Below are positions 7,449 to 16,500 of a DNA stretch of 32,000 bases, one piece after another. The notes under the pieces were generated by a model, which had not been told where the DNA came from, did no database searches, and saw only the letters and a program-made list of their open reading frames with translations. Within the stretch, counting starts at the first letter, position 1; every line of letters begins with the position of its first letter. Where the stretch lies: positions 390,001 through 422,000 of the forward strand of contig NZ_LT934425.1 of the NCBI RefSeq assembly GCF_900232105.1, read 5' to 3'. A program made the translations under genes and the position numbers. The stretch comes from Candidatus Kuenenia stuttgartensis (GTDB taxonomy: Bacteria; Planctomycetota; Brocadiia; Brocadiales; Brocadiaceae).

Positions 7449-9146
7449 TTGCAAATTTCAAAAGGATCTATTGCCTTGTCGATTGTCTTGCTCGAACACC
7501 CACGTTTAAATAATTCAGTCCGATGTGAGGAAGTAGTGAATGCCCCGTTATCAGCATGCCTGTTTACAGGATATATTGCCTCTGTTTTACGGGAAAACAA
7601 GCTTACGGTCGAAGTTGCCAATGCACATCTTTATGACTGGTCAATAGAAGAAACCATTACACATATCATCGCAAACAAACAATTACAGCTTCTGTGTGTC
7701 CATACCGTATATCTGTGGGAAAGGACCATGGATATATTTGATATGCTCTCAACACTGAAAACGGCGAATGAAGCCTTACACATCAATCTCTACGGTTATT
7801 TTCCCACGTTTGCTTATAAAAATATTCTTACTGATTATCCATTTGTTGATTCTGTGACGGTTGGCGAACCTGAATTTACAACCCTTGACCTTGCAAGAGG
7901 TATTGTATCGGGAAATCGTACTTCAACGGAAATCCAGGGAAGCAATACATTATTAAAAAAGAAGAGAAACCCCCTCTCTTGCCCCCCCCTTGCGAATCCG
8001 GGGAATGAGGTAAGAAGAAGTGTATTCCCTGATGGAATGAATATTGCCGGGCTTGCTTCCAAGGATAAAGACGGGAGGGTCGTTTTTACGCCCAGGCCTC
8101 CTATCCATAATTTAGACCAGCTACCCTATCCTTGCCGGCAGGATGTTACTCTCTGTCAGAAAAAGGGTATTGTTACGTATATACAAGGAAGCCGGGGATG
8201 TTACGGGCATTGTGCCTTTTGCTACCTGAATCCCTTTTATGAGCAAACAAGCCTATGGCGCGGCAGAAGCGCAAATAATATATTTGATGAAATCTTCAAA
8301 TTACACACCAAATACTCTATTGAAAACTTCTATTTTTCAGATGCTAACTTTTTTGGCCCCGGGAAATATGGAAGTGAACGTGCGTCTGCCCTTGCGGATC
8401 TTATTCTTGCAAACGGTTTAAATATCCGATTCGGCTTTGAATGCCGCGTCAACGATATTGAAGAAAAAACAATAGAAAAACTGGTCATGGCAGGACTTGC
8501 CAATGTATTTCTTGGTCTGGAAAGCGGCGATGACAATTCTCTGAAACGATTTAAAAAACACACAACTTCTGAGGAAAATAAAAAGGCTATTCGTCTGTTA
8601 AGAAATTACGGAATAGAGCCAACCTTTGGTTTTATTATGTTTGAACCACATGCTACCATGCAAAGCATACGCAATAATTTTGAATTTCTGAAAGAAACAG
8701 GCATTATGACTTCACCAGCAGTCACCGCTCATTTGCTCCACCACAGGCAAACAGTTTTCCAGGGAACGCCTGCATATCAATCAATGATGCAATCGCAGAC
8801 AAAACTTGATGACTCATTTTCACCCTATGAAATCTTTTATAAAATAAAGGATTTAAAGGCGGATGCATTTTCCGTAATTATTACAAACATATGCAAAGAT
8901 ATTTTAGCCCTCTTGCCTCATACCTTTGTTGAATGCAACGACATGTTATCGGATACCCGCTTTGATTATCCTTTATTAAAAAAATTAAACGACGCATTGA
9001 TCACCGCATTTGAAGATATCCTGCATAAATTCGAAAGTGCCTCCATTGTTCCCAACGGTGAATATTTTCATTCCACACACAGGGAAATAATAAACGATAT
9101 TCAATCATTACTGTTGCATGCAAATGCCTTACATGAGACCAAATGA
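7449..9146 (+). CDS. Cobalamin-binding-domain (class B) radical SAM protein, probable methyltransferase
   Basis: N-terminal Rossmann-like B12-domain signature ending VTVGEPEFTTLDL. Radical SAM motif GSRGCYGHCAFCY (CxxxCxxC). Downstream GLESGDDNSLKRFKK. There is no in-frame ATG near the N-terminus; TTG 7449 is the track start. Confidence 0.85.
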   Translation: MQISKGSIALSIVLLEHPRLNNSVRCEEVVNAPLSACLFTGYIASVLRENKLTVEVANAHLYDWSIEETITHIIANKQLQLLCVHTVYLWERTMDIFDMLSTLKTANEALHINLYGYFPTFAYKNILTDYPFVDSVTVGEPEFTTLDLARGIVSGNRTSTEIQGSNTLLKKKRNPLSCPPLANPGNEVRRSVFPDGMNIAGLASKDKDGRVVFTPRPPIHNLDQLPYPCRQDVTLCQKKGIVTYIQGSRGCYGHCAFCYLNPFYEQTSLWRGRSANNIFDEIFKLHTKYSIENFYFSDANFFGPGKYGSERASALADLILANGLNIRFGFECRVNDIEEKTIEKLVMAGLANVFLGLESGDDNSLKRFKKHTTSEENKKAIRLLRNYGIEPTFGFIMFEPHATMQSIRNNFEFLKETGIMTSPAVTAHLLHHRQTVFQGTPAYQSMMQSQTKLDDSFSPYEIFYKIKDLKADAFSVIITNICKDILALLPHTFVECNDMLSDTRFDYPLLKKLNDALITAFEDILHKFESASIVPNGEYFHSTHREIINDIQSLLLHANALHETK

Positions 9147-9194
9147 ATATAAATTCATCACTATCCTTTACCCCATTTTAAACAGGAACGATTC

Positions 9195-10196
9195 ATGAAT
9201 GAAATAAATCATTTACAATTTGAGTACTTACTTCAACTCAGCTCCGCCTACTGGAAGTCACAAGTACTATTTACCGCAATAGAATTAGATATCTTCACCG
9301 CCATTGGCAATAAACATTTAGCCGCAGAAGAACTCGCGCATAGCATTAATGCAAATGCAAAGGCAACGGAAAAGATACTCGACGCCCTTGTTTCACTCGA
9401 TCTCCTTGTGAAACAGGAAAAGCTTTATCAAAATTCACCAATAGCGAATTCCTATCTCATCAAAGGGAAACCCTTTTACCAGGGTAACGCCATCCACCAT
9501 TTTAACAATATCGCTGAAAACTGGACTATGCTGTCCCAAACGGTGAAAACTGGAGAGGCGGTCGTGTTAAAAGATTTGCCGGAAGAGGCAGACCCGCATG
9601 ATTTAAAAGACTTTATTACCGCAATGCAAAATATTGCATCGGTAAAATCACACGATATATGCGCCACAATACCTTTAAAGAACCCTAGAAATATGCTTGA
9701 TATTGCCGGAGGCCCGGGCACGTATTCCATCGAATTTGTAAAGAAATATCCTGAATTGCACGCGGTAATCTTTGACCTGAAACACGTAACAAAATTAACA
9801 CATGATTTTATTCAGGCCGCAGGGTTACAGGAAAGGATAAAAGTACAGGCGGGAAACTGCCTTGAAGATGATTTTGGCACTAATTGTTACGACACAATTC
9901 TCGTTTCCAATTTATTACACATATACAACCCTGAGAATAATATAACAATACTCAAAAAATGCTGGAAGGCATTGCAAAATGAGGGCACGTTAATTATTCA
10001 TGAATTTGTTCTTGATGAAACAAAAACACATCCTCAGTTTGCCGCACTTTTTAGTCTTAATATGCTCATCGGTACACAGGAAGGGGCGTCTTATAGCGAG
10101 ACAGAGTATCGTTCCTGGCTGAAAACAGTTGGTTGTAACAAAATCACACGCACCGATCTGCAATCAAACTCTTCGTTAATTATTGGCAAAAAATAA
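9195..10196 (+). CDS. SAM-dependent O-methyltransferase, family 2, with N-terminal winged-helix dimerisation domain
   Basis: N-terminal YWKSQVLFTAIELDIFTAI...LVSLDLLVK is dimerisation-domain-like. SAM motif I is LDIAGGPGTYSIEF, followed by VIFDL and a C-terminal LLHIY...L block. The gene starts 48 nt after the class B radical SAM gene. Confidence 0.85.
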   Translation: MNEINHLQFEYLLQLSSAYWKSQVLFTAIELDIFTAIGNKHLAAEELAHSINANAKATEKILDALVSLDLLVKQEKLYQNSPIANSYLIKGKPFYQGNAIHHFNNIAENWTMLSQTVKTGEAVVLKDLPEEADPHDLKDFITAMQNIASVKSHDICATIPLKNPRNMLDIAGGPGTYSIEFVKKYPELHAVIFDLKHVTKLTHDFIQAAGLQERIKVQAGNCLEDDFGTNCYDTILVSNLLHIYNPENNITILKKCWKALQNEGTLIIHEFVLDETKTHPQFAALFSLNMLIGTQEGASYSETEYRSWLKTVGCNKITRTDLQSNSSLIIGKK

Positions 10197-10627
10197 ACAA
10201 TCGTAATGACCGAATAAAATAAAGTAACGGATTTCATCCTCCTTCACAAGCAACAGTTCATGGAGGGCTCATAATAAAAAAGAATTGCAAAAACGTTTTT
10301 ATGACCAATAAGGGCAAAAACGTTACTGGTTCAAATTACTTGAAATAAGTCCTTTTATTTGATAACTTAGCACACATTTTCCCGCGATTTATACTATTGT
10401 TTTAAATTACATGTATGAATAGTGAATTTTTGTAGCAATTTAGTTTTTTTCGAAAAATTCCGATAATAGGGATGTTTGTCACATATCGTAGAATTTTTTT
10501 AAATGGGCAATCCATCTAACACTTTTATCAAGAAGAAAGGAGAAAGTAGAAAGTAGAGATTTACCACTGATTACTAGCTATTTTATTTTGTTTTACCGCT
10601 TATTTATCATAAGGAAAGGGGAATTTG

Positions 10628-12442
10628 ATGATAAAAAAACGCTTTTTAGGGCTACCTTTAGTATCTGTTTTACTTTTTACAATGACATTCTTATGTATAA
10701 ACGATCATATCGCTTATGGTCAATTGCCACAGCCAACAAGAACTCAGCCTCAACCAGGATTTTCTCCAAGGCCTCAGCCTACTGGCACTCAGCCGCAACC
10801 AGGATTTTCTCCAAGGCCTAGGCCTACTGGCACACAGCCTCAACCGGGATTTTCTCCACGACCTCAGCCTACTGGCACTCAGCCTCAACCGGGATTCTCT
10901 CCACGGCCTCAGCCTACTGGCACTCAGCCGCAACCAGGATTTTCTCCAAGGCCTAGGCCTACTGGCACTCAGCCTCAACCGGGATTCTCTCCACGGCCTC
11001 GGCCTACAGGCACCCAGCCTCAACCAGCACCTACACCTGGTGTTGTAACTCCTCAAATATCGGGTGGATGGTCTCATTCGTTAGCACTAGACTCCGAAGG
11101 AAAGTTATGGGCGTGGGGACTTAATGAAGACGGGCAGTTGGGCGATGGCACAAACGACAGCCAAACAACCCCTGTAGCTGTTCAAATAAATGCTCTTACT
11201 ACCATTACTGCCGTAGATTGTGGTGGAGATCATAGTATGGCGCTTGACTCACTCGGCAGAGTTTGGGCATGGGGTTATAACGGTGACGGAGAGCTTGGCG
11301 GTGGAACAACGGAGAATAACAGTAATGTTCCCGTTCCCGTTCCCGTACCTAACCTTACCGATATAATTGCCATTTCTGCCGGAGGCGAATACAGTATTGC
11401 TTTATCATCTGACGGTTCTGTTTTAACATGGGGTGCAAACAGTGACGGGCAGCTCGGCAATGGCAATACTGACCAGAATAGCGTTCCTACTAAAATAAGC
11501 AGCCTACCATTGATGAAAGGAATTTCTGCCGGAGAAGCTCATAGTCTTGCCGTAACAGAAGACGGCTTTGTTTATGCCTGGGGATTAAATGATGAAGGGC
11601 AAATTGGCAATGGCGAAAAGAGCGCGGACAATCCTGTTTTAAATCCTGTACAAGTTCAAGGATTGACTGATATTGATGCAGTTTGCGCAGGAGCCACATT
11701 CAGTTTGGCGCTCGGCATTGACGGAAGGGTATGGGCATGGGGACTTAATGATGAAGGACAATTAGGTGATGGCACGAATACCAACAGCACCACACCCGTA
11801 GAAGTTACAAACCTTGCAAAAATTTCCGCAGTTGCCTGTGGAAGTGACCACAGCCTTGCAATACGAAATGGCAAAGTAAAATCCTGGGGATTAAACGATG
11901 AAGGACAGCTTGGCGACGGTTCAACGAGAAGCAGTTCTGCACCTCTTGACGTTACCGGTTTGTCGGACATCGTATATGTTGCAGCAGGAGAATCTCATAG
12001 CCTGGCAATCACCTCAAAAGGCAACATATATGTGTGGGGATTAAATGGAGATGGTCAATTGGGCGATGGGACGAACAGGAGCAGCAGGACGCCAAAAACG
12101 ATTGATTTGAATCTCGGCGTGACTGCAGTTGAAGGTCCCGGGGAATGCGAAACAGACGACATTGAAGCAGACCCAAAAAAGTTAAAGCTCAAAGTCGGAA
12201 AAAGCACAGAAGTAACATTAACATTAACGGGAGAAGATGGTTGTCTGGTTGAAGGAGAAAGTATTACGGTAAAACTGAATTCATCCGGAAAACGACGTGT
12301 TTCTATCTCTCCGAGCAAGCTAACATCAGACGAAAATGGCAATGCATCCTTTACCGCTACCGCAAATGCGAAAGGCAAAGCCAAGATCACTGCCAAAGCC
12401 GGCAGCAGTAAGGTGAAAATAAAGGTAAAAGTTAAGGAATAA
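10628..12442 (+). CDS. Secreted protein: proline-rich 15-aa repeats, seven-bladed RCC1-like beta-propeller and a C-terminal Ig-like domain
   Basis: Signal peptide MIKKRFLGLPLVSVLLFTMTFLCINDHIAYG. Six full TQPQPGFSPRP(Q/R)PTG units. Seven RCC1 repeats of the form HSLAL..dG.vwaWGlN.dGQLGDGT. C-terminal beta-rich segment KLKLKVGKSTEVTLTLTGEDG...ASFTATANAKGKAKITAK. GGAAAGGGGA precedes ATG 10628 (the track start TTG 10625 is one codon earlier). Confidence 0.85.
   Translation: MIKKRFLGLPLVSVLLFTMTFLCINDHIAYGQLPQPTRTQPQPGFSPRPQPTGTQPQPGFSPRPRPTGTQPQPGFSPRPQPTGTQPQPGFSPRPQPTGTQPQPGFSPRPRPTGTQPQPGFSPRPRPTGTQPQPAPTPGVVTPQISGGWSHSLALDSEGKLWAWGLNEDGQLGDGTNDSQTTPVAVQINALTTITAVDCGGDHSMALDSLGRVWAWGYNGDGELGGGTTENNSNVPVPVPVPNLTDIIAISAGGEYSIALSSDGSVLTWGANSDGQLGNGNTDQNSVPTKISSLPLMKGISAGEAHSLAVTEDGFVYAWGLNDEGQIGNGEKSADNPVLNPVQVQGLTDIDAVCAGATFSLALGIDGRVWAWGLNDEGQLGDGTNTNSTTPVEVTNLAKISAVACGSDHSLAIRNGKVKSWGLNDEGQLGDGSTRSSSAPLDVTGLSDIVYVAAGESHSLAITSKGNIYVWGLNGDGQLGDGTNRSSRTPKTIDLNLGVTAVEGPGECETDDIEADPKKLKLKVGKSTEVTLTLTGEDGCLVEGESITVKLNSSGKRRVSISPSKLTSDENGNASFTATANAKGKAKITAKAGSSKVKIKVKVKE
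10727..11026 (+). repeat. In-frame 45-bp tandem repeat, about 6.7 units
   Basis: The unit cctcaaccaggattttctccaaggcctcagcctactggcactcag recurs with a few synonymous or Q/R substitutions. It produces spurious ORFs on other frames. Confidence 0.9.
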
Positions 12443-12464
12443 CCGTTTTACCTTGCAAGTAATT

Positions 12465-12508
12465 TAAAAAAGGGGTATTTCATTTAAAATGAAATACCCC
12501 TTTTTGTT
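12465..12508. terminator. Bidirectional Rho-independent terminator between convergent genes
   Basis: Perfect 13-bp stem ggggtatttcatt/aatgaaatacccc (12471-12499) with a 3-nt loop. An A-run (12465-12470) lies on one side and a T-run (12500-12504) on the other. Confidence 0.8.
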
Positions 12509-12531
12509 TATGCCTTTTCTCCAAATAATCT

Positions 12532-13152
12532 CTAAACAGACAGATTTTTAATCTGCATCATGATTTCATTCGTGATTTCAACCACTCTTTCCCTGTCATC
12601 CTTCCCTATTCCCACATTCTCAAAAGTAACGGGTAGTCCAAAGTATATTTTAATTTTTGTTCTTTTGGGTATCTTTGCCCCTTTTGGTAATGCTTCATAT
12701 GTACCTGCTATGAATGCAGGCACAACCGGGGCGCCACTTTTAAGCACAAAGAAACCTATGCCCGGGTTTCCCGGTTGCAATATTCCTTCCTTACTAACGC
12801 CGCCTTCCGGAAAAATCCCTAAAACACCTTTTTTTTTAAGCACACCTAACCCCTCTCTTATTGAAGAAGTATTTGGTCCGCTCTGCCGCACACAAATACA
12901 ATGTAACAACTTGAAAAACCATTTCAACTTCCCTTCATAATACAACTCGGTCATTAAAAACGAAATACGCCTCGAAAACATTGCCTGAAGCACAATTGGG
13001 TCCATATAGCTGAAATGATTTGCCGCAACGATAAGCGGGCCGGTACGAGGTATGTAATCCTTATTTACCGATTCTATCTGATAAATTGCCTTTAACAAAA
13101 CAATACCCAGGAGCTTTAAAATCAGGAAAAAACACTCGTTTAAAATACTCAC
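12532..13152 (-). CDS. plsC: 1-acyl-sn-glycerol-3-phosphate acyltransferase (LPLAT family)
   Basis: HX4D motif AANHFSYMDP, FPEGG motif, N-terminal membrane helix. The track ORF runs to 13266, but its first 38 codons translate repeat family A. An in-frame GTG at 13152 preceded by AAGGAGAAAGAGAGAGG is the likelier start. Confidence 0.8.
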   Translation of the reverse strand: MSILNECFFLILKLLGIVLLKAIYQIESVNKDYIPRTGPLIVAANHFSYMDPIVLQAMFSRRISFLMTELYYEGKLKWFFKLLHCICVRQSGPNTSSIREGLGVLKKKGVLGIFPEGGVSKEGILQPGNPGIGFFVLKSGAPVVPAFIAGTYEALPKGAKIPKRTKIKIYFGLPVTFENVGIGKDDRERVVEITNEIMMQIKNLSV

Positions 13153-13216
13153 ATCCTCTCTCTTTCTCCTTAGTAAAATAATCTTTTTAAAAAAATCGCG
13201 GTATTTGCCGCATATT

Positions 13217-13313
13217 GTAGTGGCGAAGCATTTGCTATAAATTGTCATAAATGCATTCATACCCAAACGGGCAAATGCTTCGCCCCTACTTTTTCAAAAA
13301 ACTAAATTATCAC
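13217..13313. repeat. Family A palindromic element, copy 2 (13217-13289), plus adjacent 24-bp motif tttttcaaaaaactaaattatcac
   Basis: Inverted copy of 1599-1671 with the same 73-bp length. The flanking motif matches the reverse complement of 1583-1598. It recurs as an exact 26-bp direct repeat at 13486-13511 and as a 16-mer at 2291-2306. Confidence 0.85.
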
Positions 13314-13525
13314 AAAGTGTTACTTTTTTTAAAAAAATCTTTTAAAAACACCGCATAAAACAGTAAATAGAGCGCTGCATTGCATCTTATAAAGCGATAT
13401 TGTATCATTTGGATATATTCAATCTACTTAATTAAATGCTTAAGCAGCCCAATCTTTTCGCTAGGCAAAGAACAAACCCAAACCCACTTTTTCAAAAAAC
13501 TAAATTATCACTGGAAAATCAGATA

Positions 13526-16500
13526 ATGTATGAACCTATTGATCGTAAAATACGGGAGTTAGCGGTATCGGAACAACACAAAAATATTGTGCTTACCGCC
13601 GGTGCAGGAACGGGGAAAACAACTATCCTCGTACAAAGGATACTCCACCTGCTTCTGGCACATAAAAGCCTCCAATCCGAAGAAAGCCCTATTCTAAAAA
13701 TTATTGCGTTAACCTTTACAGAAAAGGCGGCAAGTGAAATGAAAATCCGTCTTATGGAGGAACTGGAAAAAATCGTGGCCGCAATGAAAGGTATATGCAG
13801 ACCAGAAGAAAGCTCACAAGTCAATAATTTTATCTCCGACTTGCAAACCACTTATCACACGACATACAGTGAGATTGAACGCCGGGCAGTACAATCTCTG
13901 GCAGATATGGACAAGGCTATGATTTGTACAATTCACAGTTTTGCCGCATATATTTTACGCATGTTTCCGATAGAATCGGGAGTAGCGCCAGGTTTCACCG
14001 TTGATGAAGGGTCTGTATTCGAAGATCTTTTTGAGAAAGAATGGTCTGACTGGCTGGAACTGGAATTGTCGCTTACCTCAAAAAATACCGTAACATGGAA
14101 AAATGTGCTAACGAGAACCGAGCTGGAAACAATTAAGTCGTTTGCAAAACGTTTATCAGATTTTACGATTCCCTTGGATACGCTGACACAGAAAACCGGC
14201 GATCCCGCAGTTCTTGATGTTTTATTAAATTCCTATTGCGACAGTATCAACGCCCTTCTCCTAAAATGCGGGAAACCGGACAATAAACTCTTATTACAAC
14301 TACAGGAATTTCTTACTATTTTTAATGAACTAAAAACCCAAGGCTTTCATTACTTAAGCAGTTTACATTATAACTTCGGGAAAACAATCTCTAAGGCGAA
14401 AAGCGGTTGGGAGGAAGCAGATGTACTTGTTGCGCAGGACATTGTTAAAAAATGCCGTATTCTTTTAAGAAAATTGCAACGTGTTGACGAATCTTTCATT
14501 ACTACGGCGCTAAACCTTGTTTTGCCATTTTGCAAAACCTTTCGACAAACATATCTGTCCCAGGGATACATCTCATTTGACGGGCTTCTTACCCTTGCCA
14601 GAAATTTGCTGCAAAACAACGCTTATCGCTCTATAAGGACATCGCTCAAAAAGAATTTTTCGGCAATCCTCGTGGATGAATTTCAGGATACAGATCCCAT
14701 CCAATACGATATCATCCTCTTTCTTTCCGAAATGGTAAACCACCACAGCGACACCATACACGGTATTCCACTTGAACCCGGGAAACTCTTTATCGTTGGA
14801 GACCCGAAACAATCTATTTACTCCTTTCGCAGGGCGGATATCGAAGCATACGAACACGTTGTCAAACAAATTTGTAATAATGAAGCGCCTCTCAGTCTGC
14901 TGGAAAATTTTAGAAGCCATTCCGGTATTGTAAACGCAGTAAACGATCTTTTCGGTGAAAAAATAATTACCGAACAACAAGGGTTACAACCCAAATACAT
15001 TCCTATTCATGCAAAACGCATTCAGTCAGACCCCTTTCAAAGAATTGAAATTATCAGTGTTTCTGATACAAATGGAGAAGAACTGACTGCAGAAGCGGCA
15101 AGAGAGGCTGAAGCGGATTGGATAGCAAAATGGATAAAAAATAATGTCTTTTACGACAATGGAGGAGATACGTCTGCCGATGCTGCTACCTCTTACAAAT
15201 TGAAATATAAAGACATCGCCTTGCTTTTGCGTTCATTTACACAGATACGGCCCTATGTTGAATCATTTAAAGAACATGACATACCGTTTATTGCAGAAGG
15301 GGAGAAATATTTTTATACCACCCAGGAAGTTATTGATTTTATGAATCTTTTGCGGACGATTGAAAACCCTTATGATACCATCGCCCTGGTGGGTACCTTA
15401 CGTTCGCCCTTCGCCGGTTTGACGGATAATGAAATATATCTCCTCAAGATAAATGACCTTCTCGATTATCGCAAAACAATTTCAGATAACATTGACATAG
15501 ACGCGACTATAGGCGACTTTTACTCATTTCTCAGGAAATATAATGTACGTTCGCGGATTATACCCGTCTCTCACCTCATTTCAGAAATCATCAATGATCC
15601 CCGCTTTGCCGGCATAACAGCAAGCGCATGGCAGGGAGAACAAAAACTTGCGAACCTTAAGAAATTTTACCGGACAGCATGCAAGTTGGAGCAAATTCAG
15701 GGTATTTCACTTAAACATTTTATAAACAATATGAAAAAATACATCGATGAGGCAAGAGAAGAAGGAGAAAGCCCGCTTTCCGATGAGACACTAGATGTGG
15801 TAAAAATCCTTACTATCCATAAATCAAAAGGGTTGGAATTCCCTGTTGTAATTCTGGGCAATCTGCACGGTGAAGCAAAAAAGGAGAATGAGACCCTGGA
15901 TTCCGTCGCATTTGACTGGAACACCTCCACCACGGGAATAGTACTTGGCAAAGGGGAGCAACAACTGAGGAATCTGCAGAGCATCATTCTTGAAAACAAA
16001 ATAAATGAACGTACGTGGGAAGAAGAAAAACGGGTCTTGTATGTCGCCATGACAAGGGCTAAGGAACGGCTGATTCTCACCGGTGCATTAAAGGATAACG
16101 ACAAATCTTATATTGGATTAATTATGAAATCTTTATCTGATGCGTATGACATATCGCTTAACAACGAACCCGAAACGCCTTCCGGCCATGTCAGGAAAAT
16201 AGTTTTTGGAAATAGCGAAATATTTCTTGAAAATTTCAACTATACCGGCGCGAGACGCTTTGTTTCAAAAACCGCAGAAAAAACGTGGGATATTGACTGG
16301 AATTCATTTGTCCGAATATGGAATGACCGGAAACAATCAATGTTTGCAGAAACAGAAAAACCATTATTTACTTCTCCTTCTGCTTTAAGTGAAGAAATAT
16401 CACCAGTGCACTATGAAACTCCCACACACAACAAACACATTGATTCTGCGGAAATACAGCAGGAATATGCCGCTGCAATTGGTTCTTTATGCCATCAGAT

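Noticed and set aside
10091-10237. 48-aa minus-strand ORF (MKSVTLFYSVITIVYFLPII...) preceded by GAAGGAGG
   Set aside because: The SD abuts the ATG with no spacing, and about 105 nt of the ORF overlap the 3' end of the O-methyltransferase gene in antisense. No further support.
4627-11026. Tandem repeats at 4627-5005 and 10727-11026 as possible CRISPR arrays
   Set aside because: The units are contiguous with no unique spacers, they are in frame within coding sequences, and no cas genes are present.
10691-11077. 128-aa (-) and 110-aa / 77-aa (+) ORFs inside the proline-rich repeat
   Set aside because: These are alternative-frame artefacts of the 45-bp tandem repeat within the well-supported RCC1-protein gene.
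13153-13266. N-terminal 38 codons of the plsC ORF, and codons 1-30 of the helicase ORF (13436-13525)
   Set aside because: Both extensions translate dispersed repeat sequence and lack an RBS. Downstream in-frame starts fit the protein families better.
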